DNA from: the human T2T-CHM13v2.0 reference genome, Homo sapiens
NCBI RefSeq assembly: GCF_009914755.1
Contig: NC_060930.1
Length of the DNA: 64,000 nt
Reading direction: 5' to 3' (one strand)
In this document: positions 12,428-25,853 of the stretch, one piece after another
How the letters are laid out: every line of letters begins with the position of its first letter
How positions within the stretch are numbered: position 1 is the first letter of the stretch
Translations under genes and position numbers: made by a program
Notes under the pieces: model-generated
Seen by the model: the letters and a program-made list of their open reading frames with translations, nothing else
What the model was told of the DNA's origin: nothing
The model's database searches: none

Positions 12428-13659
12428 GAGTTTTGTGCTGCGTGTATGTGTGTGTAGTAGGAGTATGTGTGTGTGTGTTTCAATGCTCCTGCTTCTGATC
12501 TCCAATAAATAAGGTTATGTTTTGTATCCAACTCTGTGGTATACTGGTGCCATATTTTGTCTTGAACAATTCTCAAAATGTTTAGATAATTAGTTCTGTT
12601 TAGGATTGAAGTAATCCACTGGGAACCCAGGGTGGGCGCAGTTTGGTGATTGAGGGGGCAGAGGTAGTGGAGTAGTCATGCATGCTTCTCAAAGCCCTAG
12701 TGTGGTAGGGATGCATGGAATGGCCAGAGAGAAACCAGGACTGCTGCCTACATGGATGCCTGCCTGTGAGGTGGGAGGTAAGGAAACCTCAGTGGCCCCT
12801 ACCCTGGCTTGAGTGGAGGCCCAGGGCTGGGGTGGATAGCAGTGGACAAGGAGCACCACAAAGGCAAGGAGCAGGTTTAGGGGAAATGAAACATTGACTC
12901 CTTGTGATGAGGACAGTGGGCTGGAATGTTTCACATTTCCCTCCAAGCCACCATTCTTATAGTCACTATTTGCCTAGTGTGACTGCCAAATCTGGGGTCC
13001 CTGACACTCTCTCAGCTTCATTTTCCTCTTTGCTGGTCTCATACTCAAGCTGGTACTCGCCATGTGAAGGGCAAGGTGGTCACCAGCAGCTCCAGGCTCC
13101 TTACTGCAGGTCCTTATGCTCCACATCTCTGGGGAGGGGCAACAACACTTCCTCTCCCAGGGTCCATATGCACACCTCTGGCGGGCCTTTGTGTGGCCCT
13201 GCTGGGTCACATGCTTATGCCATGGAACTGCCATTAAGGAAAGAGAGACAGAAACTATGACTGGCACATTTCCATCTTAAGGGACAGAGGGGTGTTGGGC
13301 AGACAAAAGCAGCCAATTTCCACTAGACTTTCCTTCAGACACCTATTATAAACTGGGATGCGTCTGATTCTAAGATGAACAGTATTTTTGTGAAAAGCCT
13401 TCTTAAAGAGGAGCAGCTCTTCATTTCCTTGGATAATCCAGGCACAGCCCCATATTCAATGTGCTCATGTCCAACCCAAGCGGATGCTACCCATCCCCTT
13501 CTGCATATTCTTTCCCACAATGTCATGCCACTTCTGTGGACAGTGCTCCTAAAATGAGCTGGTGTCTATGTGGCAGAGGATTTTGAGTACCAGACATGGA
13601 TCTTTGCTCTCAATTTCTTCATCAATTAGGAAGCATTCATAGTTTTTGAGCACGGGGGT

Positions 13660-14300
13660 GATGAAGAAGGGGATATTGCATTTGATGTGCAGCAGGCAGT
13701 TGGAAATATGGGTCTGAAACTCAGAAGGGAGGTTCGAGCTGGAGAATAGCTGTGAATAGAGTGACAGCTGGAGTAACAGAAATAATGATATTATATCCAA
13801 AAGACTATAGAGAAATAAGGGAAGAGTGAAGGGCACACAGTCACTCATTCTAGAAACCTAGGAGTCATCATTGGCTCCCTCCTCCCCTCACTGCCGCATA
13901 TTCCATCTTTCAGCCATACCTGATAATTCTACCCTCAAATTCCATTTATAGAACCTGTCCACTGCTATCCATCTCCATCCAGGTTGTAGACTTTCCTGTC
14001 CTTACTACTGCAAGTGCACTGGCTCCTAAACAGTCTCTGCTTCCACTCTTTCCTATGTCCAACCCATACTCACCTAGCAGTAAAAAGATTTTTCTAACAT
14101 GTGAATGGTGTCATGTCACCCCTCTGTTCAGAGCCCCTACAGGGTCTCACACTGAGGTTATGATAAAGGACAGCCATCATATCCTGGTCTATGAGGCTTT
14201 GTGTAACCTGGCCCTTACCTCTACCTCCAACCTTCAGTCACTCTCCATTCATCACATCTAAATCACATGCAACGATTTGTTTCTCAAACACATCAAGCAC
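13660..14300. mobile_element. L2 fragments, both orientations
   Basis: AGGCAGTTGGAAATATGGGTCTGAAACTCAG (-) and AGAAACCTAGGAGTCATC...ATCATGTCAC-like (+) motifs. Confidence 0.75.
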
Positions 14301-16149
14301 TCTACCAGTTCTGCTTTAAACTTCCTCATCAGCCCTAAGTCCGCCTATTCTTCTTACCTTCCATCTCCCCAGCGCTGGTTTCTACTGCCCATTCCCTTAA
14401 TCCTCTCAGTAACACACAGTGTTTTTAATGCCTGAGGAATCATCCTGCAAGCACAGACCCTTCTTTGGCCACCTTACCTTCCCAACCCAGCACTGCGGCA
14501 AGGAGCTGAGCAGAGCAAGGTGGTTCCTGAGAAACCTTCCAAGAGGAGAGGGAAGCCCATGGCCATGAGGACCACAAAAATCACCATTCTTTCCCTTTTA
14601 AAATGTGTTCTAGTTTTAAAAAATATAATACTAAAATTGGGTTTATTTTTAAAAATAAGGTATAAAGAAGATTCTTCACTTGACAAAAGGATTCATCTTG
14701 AGGTTTCTTAAAATATTGATTTTTTCTAATATATTCAAAGCTTGTAATTTTATTTTCCACAATTCAATTCACACAAGTTTTCACAGGTACATTAACTGCA
14801 GAAAATAAAGCATGCTTGTATTATTCCTGTGTCATAGATGGTAAAATTGAGGCTCAAAAACTTGCTGAGAATGACAAGGACTATCAATAACAGAGTCAAG
14901 GTTCAAAACTAGAAAACTGTTGGCAATGAATCTTTGCTCAACTCAAGGATTAATTCTATTTTCCCAATAATTTTCTCTTTAAAATATAGTGTAAACCCCA
15001 GCTATTCTTTTCCAATACCTGAAATGGACTTGAGTATAAACATGTTAATGATTTTTTGTATAACACCACGTAGGGGATTCCCAGATACTGGTTATGTCAT
15101 TCCTTAGAGTCCTCCTCAGCTAACTGTAATGGTTGTGCTGGGCTGCCTGCACCAAGGCTATTTTTGATAATACATTTGTGTTTTATCCAATGAGCAACCA
15201 GGCAGAGAGGCAACACTGGGACAGTTAACTTACATTTTAGCATAGTTGTGAAAAGTGAATAACAAGTTCTTTTTTTAAATAAAAAAGGAAATGAAATTAA
15301 AAACAAGACTTCAATTTAATCTAAGAGACTGGAAATGGCAAGCTTGCCCCTTGTGAATTTGGTTCCGGTTCACCGAGTCTCAACTATCAAAGCAGCAGGG
15401 CAAATGAAGGAGAGAGTATCGCTCAACCTCTAAACTTGCATTTGTGGGTTTCATCTGGGCTCCATGTTATTGTAAAGGGTTTTTATGTTACCAGACTTCT
15501 GCTTAAATTAACAAAGCTTTTTGTAGATGTGGACCTATTTGATGCTACTCAAACAGCGTATGATTACCACAGAGGTAATTTATAGGGGGAAATCCCAAAT
15601 ACTTAAGCATTTAGGTAAGTATATACAAGTAAAGTCAAGATCTAGATGCAAGCCCTGTGTAAACACAACTGCATCATATTTTGATTTGGGAGGGAAAATT
15701 AAAGCTAGTGCTTGCTCAAAGACACTTTCACATTAAGACAGTCTAACTAGCTAGGCTGTTCTTTTCACCTTGTCTATCCTCCCGAGTGCACCAGGACAAG
15801 GGTGATAAATCCTACTCAGGCAACTGTTGTAAAGGAAATTGAAGCCCATGTAAATCCAGGGTTTATATTAACTATGGAGAGCGTAAGCATCAACAGTCAG
15901 TACCCACTTAGAAGCCTTTTAGCTACGTGTACTGCATTATATTCAAAAACTAGAAGGGAAAAACACCAAATCACATTCTTTCAGCATGTAGAAATCATTT
16001 TTGGTACTAAAAATGTGTTTAGTGCTACCATGGAAAAATAAAATGATTTTTTTGACCAAAACATTCAATTTTGCCTTTAAACAAACTTAAATAATTCCAA
16101 GTAGAGGCATATTTTTTCTTCAAAATATTTACACTTAATGGACAGAACA

Positions 16150-16360
16150 GGAACAATAATTATTGTTATTTAAACTAGACAGTGAATCAGCACTTCATAT
16201 ATATTATTTGCTTAATCTTCACAACTCCACATGGTAGGTTTTATTGTCTCCCTTTTATAGATGAACAGATTAGGGCTCAGATAGGTTAAATATGCCCAAT
16301 GTCATACAGCTAATAAGTGGCCAGTTCTATATCCAAGTCCTGGGTTCTGTGATTTCACAC
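16150..16360 (-). mobile_element. MIR
   Basis: CTTAATCTTCACAAC...TTTTATAGATGAACAGATTAGGGCTCAGA. Confidence 0.75.
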
Positions 16361-16450
16361 TATTTCTGGAAATAGAGTTCCAGTCTTCTTGTGAGAAAAA
16401 TTACGTTGCTTCATGCCCCAGGTCGGATCTTTATCTGTTAGTCTTCTTTT

Positions 16451-16752
16451 ATTTTATTTTTTTATTTTTTTAAAACAGAGTCTTGCTTTGTCACCCAGAC
16501 TGCAGTGCAGTGGTTCAATCTCAGCTTACTACAACCTCCACCTCCTGGGTTCAAGCGCTTCTCCTGCCTCGGCTTCCCAAGCAGCTGGGATTCCAAGTGT
16601 GTGCCACCACGCCCAGCTCATTTTTGTATTTTTAGTAGAGACGGAGTTTCACCATGTTGGCCATGCTGGTCTCGAACTCCTGGCCTCAAGTGATCCAACC
16701 TCCTCGGCCTCCCAAAGTGCTGGGATTATAGGTGTGAGCCACCATGCCCGGA
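16451..16752 (-). mobile_element. AluS
   Basis: Full dimeric antisense Alu. Confidence 0.95.
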
Positions 16753-16767
16753 TTGTTAGTTTTCTTT

Positions 16768-16960
16768 TATTTCATTTTTATTATACTTTAAGTTCTGGGA
16801 TATATGTGCAGAACTGCAGGTTTGTTACATAGGTATACACATGCCATGGTGGTTTGCTGCACCCGTCAACCTGTCATCTACATTAGGTATTTCTCCTAAT
16901 GCTATCCCTCCTCTAGCCCTCCACCCCCTGACAGGCCCCGGTGTGTGAAGTTCCTCTCCC
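16768..16960 (-). mobile_element. L1PA 3' end (5'-truncated)
   Basis: TTATACTTTAAGTTCTGGGA...GCCATGGTGGTTTGCTGCACCC...CCCCGGTGTGTGA. Confidence 0.95.
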
Positions 16961-17361
16961 TTAGTCTTCTTTTAAAAGGGGACTAATAATAATGGTCAAC
17001 TCTGACATTTGACTTTACCCTAAAAATGGTCATATTGGATGGCTACACCATCTTATAGACATTGGGTTATGCTTTACTCCAACTTGGTCCTTTGCTCTCA
17101 GCTCACGTGGCCTCATTCATGTATTTCAGAAGCTGGTTCTATCCTGTTCCTTTTTTCCTTCCTTGTTTAGTTTTCTTACATACCACCTACAAAGATACAG
17201 CAATTTTTCATCCATGAAAAGTTGCATGCATATGGGATTATAAATCTAATGAATTTTTAGGTAAACTTTTTACTAAAATATAACATACTTATTATGAAGA
17301 GCACAAATTCACAGTTCAATACATCTTCTCAAAGTGAACACATCCATATAACCAGCACCTA

Positions 17362-17679
<318 letters not shown>

Positions 17680-17685
17680 TTAATT

Positions 17686-17846
17686 CATTTTTGTTTTAGA
17701 GACAGGGTCTCGCTGTGTTGCTCAGGCTGAAGCACAGCGGCACAGTTATAGCTTATTGCAGCCTTCAACTCCTGGGCTCAAGCAATCCTCCCATCTCAGC
17801 CTCCCAAAATGGTGAGATAACAGGTATGAGCCAGAGTGCCTGGCCC
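17686..17846 (-). mobile_element. Free Alu monomer (FRAM/FAM-like)
   Basis: Single ~160-bp antisense monomer. Confidence 0.8.
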
Positions 17847-17977
17847 CACTGATTTTTTACATGCTGAATGGGATATTCCTATTTCAAAGTTTATGTAAAG
17901 AATTTTTGTAAAGGTAAGAACAAATTTGAAATGTGTTTCACTATGTTTCATATATTCTGGTTTTCATAGCTTGTGTC

Positions 17978-18272
17978 TTTTTTTTTTTTCTTAGAGTTGG
18001 GGTCTTGTTCTGTCACCCAGGCTGGAGGCAGTGGTTTGATCATAGCTCACTGCAGTGTCGAACTCCTGGGCTCAAGTGACTCTCCCACCTCAGCCTTCTG
18101 AGTAGCTAGAACTATAGGTGTGCACCACCATACCCAGCTAATTTTTAATTTTTTTTGTAGAGACAGGGTCTGGCTATGTTGCCTAGTCTGGTCACAAACT
18201 CCTGACCTCAAGCAATCTTCCTGCTTCAGCCTCCCAAAGTGCTGGGATTACAGGCATGAGCCACCACGCTTG
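17978..18272 (-). mobile_element. AluJ
   Basis: Antisense dimer; TSD ATAGCTTGTGT. Confidence 0.92.
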
Positions 18273-20696
18273 CTTTATAGCTTGTGTTTTCTTACATCCA
18301 TGATGCATTTAAAGAGAACCTATTTTGAACAGTGTAAACACTAAGTTATAAAGGCATCTCCCACCCAAACTGCACATCAAAACAGCATTATACAATTTTT
18401 GGACCGCTTTTTCCTATTTATTAAATTTAAAACTAGCTTTTTTAAATGAATGTCTTGTAAAGACATTTCTGTTTTGAATTTTTAAAATTTGATTATCTTC
18501 AAGAAGAAACTCCTCTATGAGGACTTTTTTGTTTGCTCACCAGTGGGTTGGAGTTCATTTTCACAGGAGAAGAAAGGTCCTAGCCAAAGCCTGATTGTTT
18601 CATTTTCTGATTTGTCAACATATGGGACATTTACTCCTGAATATGGAGTATTAAACATAATTTGCAAACTCTTTTACTTTTGTCCCCATGCTTTGTTGTA
18701 GCTTTCATTCCACCAGTGGAAGATCTGCTGCTGTTGTATACAATAGAGAAAGCACTGCTGCTGTTAGAGAATGACGTGCAAGCCTCCAGTGCCATTGGAA
18801 GAGCATGCATTTTCTGAGAGTCAGGCTCTACATGTGAAGGGAGTCTGTTATGTTTCAGTGATGAGTCATATAGGATGCTACAGATGGTGCAGAGTGATGC
18901 TTCAAAGATGTGAAAAAATACTAATGGATCCAAGACTGAAAATTAACAGAACAAGGTGACTGGGGTGAGTAGATGAGTCTGAGTAAAATATTGTAGGACA
19001 AAAACTGCCCCAACTTCTAATTGTAGCACTTAGTGTTAGATGTGCCCAGTGGTTTATTTTATTAGGCAATGCTTAAGTCTTCAAGACTTGCACAGATGTC
19101 TGGTTAACAGTCTATAGTGGAGAATCAATGAAGTTGCAACCAAGGCATCTGTTTTTGAAACACTCCCCTAGTGATGTTCATGCTCTCCAAAGTCTGAGAA
19201 CCATTGCAATATTGGGTCAATACTCCTATATAAAACTATTGTGGGAAAGTAAAATTATAAGTCTTTGAATTTTAGAGTTCAAAAGAAACGTAGACTTAAT
19301 TTTTTCATGGGAAGAGCCTGAGGCCCGTGAAGAAGTGATTTGGGCCCTGCCACCCAGTAACGTAGCCATGAAGTCAGAGCTAGAAGAAAAGTGCTCTGCT
19401 GGTCAGCTTAGCTTTTATTGCACGATTCAATACTCCCATCCTCCATCTCTAATTTAAAATCCAATTACACAGTGTCTAGTTATCTTTCTGTTTTCTACTA
19501 TATTTTATACATGAAACAAAAATTTAGAAAATGTGCATGCAAAGAAAGTAAGTTACTATTTTAATATGCTTCTTTGAAGTCTTTTTGTGTTTTCTACACA
19601 GGTTACTTTTTACAGTTATTGTAATTTATATCTAATATTGTATCTTGCTTCGATTTTTTTTTTTTACTTATACTATGGTAACCTTGGTTTTATAGTAACA
19701 ATAAGCTCTTACTAAAGGTAGTTTCATGTGGAAACTAAGTTTTATCAATGTTGTAAACGCTCAGTGGTTGCTAAGAGAAACTGATACTTTGTTCCCATAG
19801 GAACCATTGTTTTAAAATGAGAAATATAGAATCTCTAGCTTCAAAGGATAAAAACTTAGGTTTGGGATGGGAAATATCTTACCTTTCCTGGAAAAATGTG
19901 AAAATTACTATCCCCTGATTGGAACAGTATTGTCATGGGGTTGCAATCTTCTGAATGGGTGAAAATGTTCTAGGTGGCTGTTTTCTCTTTCTGCTTCCCT
20001 CGTGTTGATGGTGATGCGTGGTGATGCATGGAAGGAGAGTGAGGGAAGATGACTCTAACTCCCCTTGGCCTCTTAGAGCAGAGACATCAGAAAAGGCAAG
20101 CCCACACTTTCCATTTGATATGGTAGTTTGGTTTTCTTATTACAGAAGGGAACAAAGGGAAGGGATTTTTATACTAAGCTGCTCTGGAGCACTTAAGTAC
20201 CAGCATACATTTTCCGTCCAGTTATAGGCTGTTAACTTTAAGTTAATGATTCGGAGTGAGTGAAAAAAAATCTGCTTAGTTCTGATCAGAAACCAAGAAT
20301 CAGAATGAGGTGGAACTGATAACAACTGTGGTTGTAAATGCAGTGGTTGTCAAACTGGCAAACAGTTGCTGGATGGGCACTATTCCCTGAACCCCATGTC
20401 GGGTAGCACGTTTCTCTATTGCCCACAGCCAGCAGGATCGACTGCTTTCCCTTCCCTATCTGACTTCTTCTTTCCTCCGCTGGTGTTCCCTGTGTTTTGC
20501 AAAAAACTACTTGAAACCTAGTCATTGTCTCAATCTGCTTTTGAGAGAACACAAACTCAGACACATACTGAGAAGTCCAAAGAAAGATTATGAAAATGAA
20601 ATGTATTGAATGGTACTTCCAAAGGCATTGGAATTATCACCAGAGCAGGTGCGTACAAACATACTCACACAGTTGTGCGTTGATTCAGTTCATACT

Positions 20697-21132
20697 TGTG
20701 ATGGATGCTATGTTGTGCTGCTGTCTCCCCAGGAATTAAGGACTTATTACCCCCAACTGTTGGGAGTGCTGCTGGCAGACAGCCCTCAGCAGGCAGCGCT
20801 GCTTCAGGAGGGGCTTTGGCTGAGGAAAGCTGCTTCCCCTAAGGTCACCCCTCTTTCCCAGTGTGGCCCCCATTCAAGGACAGATTCAAGCAGGACTACA
20901 AAGGCCCAGCCCTCAGCTCATTCAGATGGCTCTGAAGAGTCATCCATTTTCAGAACTTCCCATCAGGTTAGGTGAGGCATTCCATGGAGACTGCACCAAA
21001 GCTTGACTTCTCCCTCTGCCCAGGCCTGCTCCTTTGCCTTGCTCACGTGGTGATCTCAGAGTGTTCCTGAAGGGACTTCCGGCACGCTAATCTGCAGCTC
21101 AGTTCGTTTCCCCATGAACCCAACTTGAGACA
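20697..21132 (+). mobile_element. Solo ERVL LTR (LTR16A-like)
   Basis: TG...CA termini; CTGTTGGGAGTGCTGCTGGCAGACAGCCCTCAGC and GCTTGACTTCTCCCTCTGCCCA motifs. Confidence 0.8.
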
Positions 21133-21246
21133 GTATGGATTGAGAACCTACTATGTGCTAGACACTATTCCAGGTGGTGAGGGAGAGAGTGGAGACCAAA
21201 TAAACTTTCTGTGCATACGTTTTACTAGGAAGAAATTAACATTCTA

Positions 21247-21472
21247 GAGCAAAGGTCAGCAAACTATTTTTCTGTAAGAGACAGATAGTACATTTTTAGG
21301 CTTTGTGGGCAATATGTTTTTCAGTCACAGCTGCTCACATCTGCCACTGTTACACAAAAATAGCCTCAGAAATATATAAATGAATGGACATGGATGTGTT
21401 TCAATAAAACTTTATTTACCAAAATAATAGGCAGGTTAGATTTGGCCCTTGGGTTATAATTTGCTGAATTCC
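21247..21472. mobile_element. MER58A (hAT-Charlie)
   Basis: GGTCAGCAAACTATTTTTCTGTAA...CAATAAAACTTTATTTAC...TTTGCTGA. Confidence 0.85.
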
Positions 21473-21586
21473 ATTCCAGAGGGGAGGAAACAAGGAAACA
21501 AATAATTAAACAAGAAAACATCAGATAGTGGTAAGTGCCATAAACAAATTAGTTAGGGTGATATGATAACAAAACACCATTATTGG

Positions 21587-21890
<304 letters not shown>

Positions 21891-23589
21891 CTATTATTGA
21901 TTTTTTAATTAAATTTTTTTCGTAATATAGTCACATGATTCAAAACCCAAAAGGATTGAAAAAGTATTCATTTAGAAGTGTATGTCCTGGTTCCTGTTGA
22001 CCCCCAATAGGATAATTTTATTTTTATACTTTTGTGTTTCTTTTCAATGTTTCTTAATGCAAATATAAGCAATTATAAATGTATATTCTTATCTACCCAC
22101 CCACCTCAATTTTCTGCAAAGGTTAGCATACAAGATATCCTGTTCCAGACCTTACAGTTACTCATTTAACATGTTCTGGTGATCTTTCAATGTCAATAGA
22201 GATCATCTCTACTTGTTTTTTTATAGCGGAGTACATGTATACCTCTGAGATATTGCAGGTTTGGTTCCAGGTCATCTCAGTAAAATGAACATCACAATAA
22301 AGCCAGTCACGTAAATTTGTTTGTTTTCCAGTTCATATAAAAGTTATGTGTATACTAAACTATAGTTTATTAAGTGTGCCATAACATTGTATCTTTAAAA
22401 ATGTACATACCTTAAATAAAAAATAGTTTATTGCTAAAAAATGCCAACAATCATCTGAGCCTTCAGTGAGTCGTAATTTTTTTTTGCTGGTGGAGGGCCT
22501 CGCCTCGATGTTGATGGCTGCTGACTCATCAGGGTGGTGGTTGCTGAAGGTTGGGATGGCTGTGGCAACTTCTTAAAATCAGAAAATAATTAATGGATCA
22601 ATGGACTCTTTCTTTCATGAAAGATTTCACTGTAGCATGCAATGCTGTTTGACAGCATTATACCCATAGTAAAACTTCTTTCAAAATTGTAGTCAATCCT
22701 CTCCAACCCTGCTGCTGCTTTATCAAGTAAGTTTATATAGTATTCTAACTCCTTTGTTGTCATTTCAACAACATTCACAGCACCTTCATCAGGAGTAGAT
22801 TCCATCTCAAGAAACCACCTTCTTTACTCATCCATGAAAAGCAACTCCTCATCTGTTCAAACTTTATCTTGAGATTGCAGCAATTCTCTGACGTCTTCAG
22901 GCTTCACTTCGAATTCTACTTATCTTGCTATTTCCATCACAACTGCAGTTACTTCTTCCACTTCAGTATTGAACCCCTCAAAGTCATTCATGAGGTTTGG
23001 AATCAACTTCTTCCATACTCCTGCTAACGTTGATATTTTGACCTGCTCCCATGAATCACAAATGTTCTTAATGGCATCTAGAATGATGAATTCTTTCCGG
23101 AAGGTTTTCAATTTACTTTGCCACGATCCATTAGAGGAATCACTATCTATGGCAGCTATAGCTTTATGAAATGTATTTCTTAAATAAGAAGTCTTGAAAG
23201 TTGAAATTACTCTTTGGTTCATGGGCTGCAGAATAGATGTTGTGTCCGCAGGCATGAAAACAACGTTAATCTCTTTGTACATCTTCATCAGAACTCTTGA
23301 GTGACTAGGTGCATTGTCAATAGGTAGTGATATTTTGAAAGAAATTTTATTTTGTTTTCTGAGTAGTATGTTTCAATATTAGGGTTAAAATATTCAGTAA
23401 GCCATGCTGTAAACAGATGTGCAGATGTGCTGTCATCCAGGCTTTGTTGTTCCATCTACAGAGGACAGGCAGAGTAGATTTAGCATCATTCTTAAGGGCC
23501 CTAGGGTTTTCGAAATGGTAAATGAGCATTGGCTTCAACTTCAAGTCACCAGCTGCATTAGACTCTAACCAGAGAGTCAGCCTGTCCTT

Positions 23590-23877
23590 TTTTTTTTTTT
23601 AAGACAGTCTCGCTCTGTTGCCAGGCCGGAGTGCAGAGGTGCGATCTCGGCTCACTGCAACCTCTGCCTCTCAGGTTCGAGTGATTCTTCTGCCTCAGCC
23701 TCCTGAGTAACTGGGACTACAGGTGTATGCTACCACACCCAGCTAATTTTTGTATTTTTAGTAGAGTCGGGGTTTCACCATGTTGGCCAGGATGGTCTCG
23801 ATCTCTTGACCTCGTGATCCGTCCACCTCAGCCTCCCAAAGTTCTGGGATTACAGGCATGAGCCACCGCACCTGGCC
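23590..23877 (-). mobile_element. AluS (Sc-like) inserted in Tigger1
   Basis: TSD CAGCCTGTCCTTT; TCTCTTGACCTCGTGATCC. Confidence 0.93.
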
Positions 23878-24086
23878 CAGCCTGTCCTTTTAAGCTTTGA
23901 ATCCAGGCATTGACTTATCCTTTCTGGCTATGAAAGTCCTAGATGACATCTTCTTCCAATAGAAGGCTGTTTTGTCTACATTGAAATTTTATTGTTTAGT
24001 GTAGCCACGTTCATCAATGATCTTAGTTAAATCTGGATAATTTGCTGCAGCTTCTACATCAGCACTTACTGCTTCACTTTGCATTT

Positions 24087-24168
24087 TAAAAAATGGACTT
24101 ACAATAATTGTACATATTTATGGGGTACATAGTGATGTTATCATATAATGTATAGTGATCATGTCAGT
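24087..24168 (-). mobile_element. Short L1MA 3' fragment inserted in Tigger1
   Basis: ATAATTGTACATATTTATGGGGTACATAGTGATG flanked by duplicated TTGCA(T/C)TTT. Confidence 0.75.
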
Positions 24169-25026
24169 ACCTTGCACTTTTGTGTTATGGAGATGGCTTC
24201 TTTCCTTAAACCTCATGAACCAACCTCTGCTAGCTTCAGACTTTTCTTTTGCAGCTTCTTCACCTCTCTCAGCCTTCACAGAATTGAAGAGAGTTAAGGC
24301 CTTGCTCTGCCTTAGGCTTTGGCTTAAAGGAACGTTGTGACTGGTTTGATCTTCTACCTAGACCACTAAAACTTTTTCCATATCAGCAATAAGGCTGTTT
24401 CATTTTCTTATAATTCATGTGTTCACTGGAGTAGCATTTTAATTTCTTTCAATAACTTTTACTTTCACCACTTCAATAACTTTTTGCATTCATCACTTGG
24501 CTAATTGTTGGCGCAAGAGGCCTAGCTTTTTGCCTGGCTTGGCTTTTGAGATGCAATTCTTCCTTTTACTTTAATGCTTCTTAATTAGGCTAATTTCAAT
24601 ATTGTTGTGTCTCAGGGAATAAGGAGGCCCAAGAAGAGGGTGAGAGACGAGAATGACCAGTGAGTAGAGTAGTCAGAACATAGACATTCATCGGTGAAAT
24701 TTGCTACCTAAATGTGTGCAGTTTGTGGCACTTGAAAACAATTATAATAGTAACATCAAAGATCACTGATTGCAGATCACCATAACAGATGTAATAATAA
24801 TGAAAAAGTTTGAAATATTGCAAAAATTACCAAAATGTGACACAGAGAAACAAAGTGAGCACATGCTGTTGGAAAAATGGTACCAATAGACTTGTTCACT
24901 TCAGGGTTGCCATGAACCTTCAATTTGTAAAAAGTACAATATTTGCGAAGTGAAGTGCAATAAAATGAGGAATGCCTATACTATTCCTAATATATGTATT
25001 ATAGTTTATTTAATCAATTCTTTATT

Positions 25027-25782
25027 GTATTTGTCATAGTTTTCCAGAGAAATAGAACCAATTGGATAAATACATATATTATTCAATATATATTTGATCA
25101 TCAGAAAACCCCAAATCTGAAATTCAAAATGCTCCAAAATCCAAAACTTTTTGAAAATGGACATGACACTCAAAGGAAATGCTCAATGGAGCATTCCAGA
25201 TTTTGGATTTTTGGATTTCAGATGCTCAACCAGCATGTGCAATGCAAATATTCCAGAATCTGTAATAGTCAAAATTATGAAATATTTCTGGTCTCAAACA
25301 TTTCAGATAACGGATACATAACCTGTACATAGAAAGAGATTTATTGTAAGGAATTGGTTCACATGATTATGGAGGCTGACCAGGCCCAAAGTCTGTTGAG
25401 CAAGTCTGCAACCTGGAGACCTACGAGAGCTGAGTGTAGTTCCAATCTGGAGGCTAACAGGTTCAAGATCCAGGAAGAGCCGATATTTTAGTTCAAATGT
25501 GAAGGCAGGAAAAAAGCCAAGGTCCCAATTTGAAGGTCATCAGGCAGGAGGATTTCTTTCTTACTTGGGGGACAGTCAACCTTTTTGTTCTATTTAAGCC
25601 TTCAATTGGTTGGATGAGGCTCGCCCACATCAGGGCAGGCCACATTAGGGCAGTCTGCTTTACTTAGCCTATCAATTTAAGTGTTAATCTCACCCCAAAA
25701 CACTTTCACAGTAACACCCAGAACGGGTTTTGTGCAAATATCTGGACACCCTGTGGCCCAGTCAACACATAAAATTAACCTT
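25027..25782 (-). mobile_element. MLT2 solo LTR interrupted by a Tigger4-type MITE
   Basis: TTTTCCAGAGAAATAGAACCAAT...ATGATTATGGAGGCTGA...ACATAAAATTAACC. Confidence 0.85.
25092..25325. mobile_element. Tigger4b/MER46-like MITE
   Basis: CCAAATCTGAAATTCAAAATGCTCCAAAATCCAAAACTTTTTG...CATTTCAGATAACGGATAC. Confidence 0.85.
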
Positions 25783-25853
25783 TATACTTATTAATGGGCA
25801 CTTGAGTAGTTTGCAAACTTTTGCTCTTACAAATACTGCAATGAATAACCTAA

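Larger units (their letters stand above)
22234..24978 (-). mobile_element. Tigger1 DNA transposon, near full length, with disabled pogo-family transposase
   Basis: Both termini present (CATGTATACCTCTGAGATATTGC; GCAATAAAATGAGGAATGCCTA) with TA flanks; ORF pieces 22590-22805, 22920-23288 ([24 protein letters not shown]) and 23347-23544 ([18 protein letters not shown]) are DDE transposase remnants. Confidence 0.95.

Noticed and set aside
16413-16832. 139-aa ORF and similar ORFs at 17359, 37145, 57784 and 61713
   Set aside because: Alu-derived translations ([17 protein letters not shown] motifs).
22590-23544. Transposase-like ORFs as a TIGD1-like gene
   Set aside because: Fragmented by stops, frameshifts and an Alu; an ordinary Tigger1 fossil.
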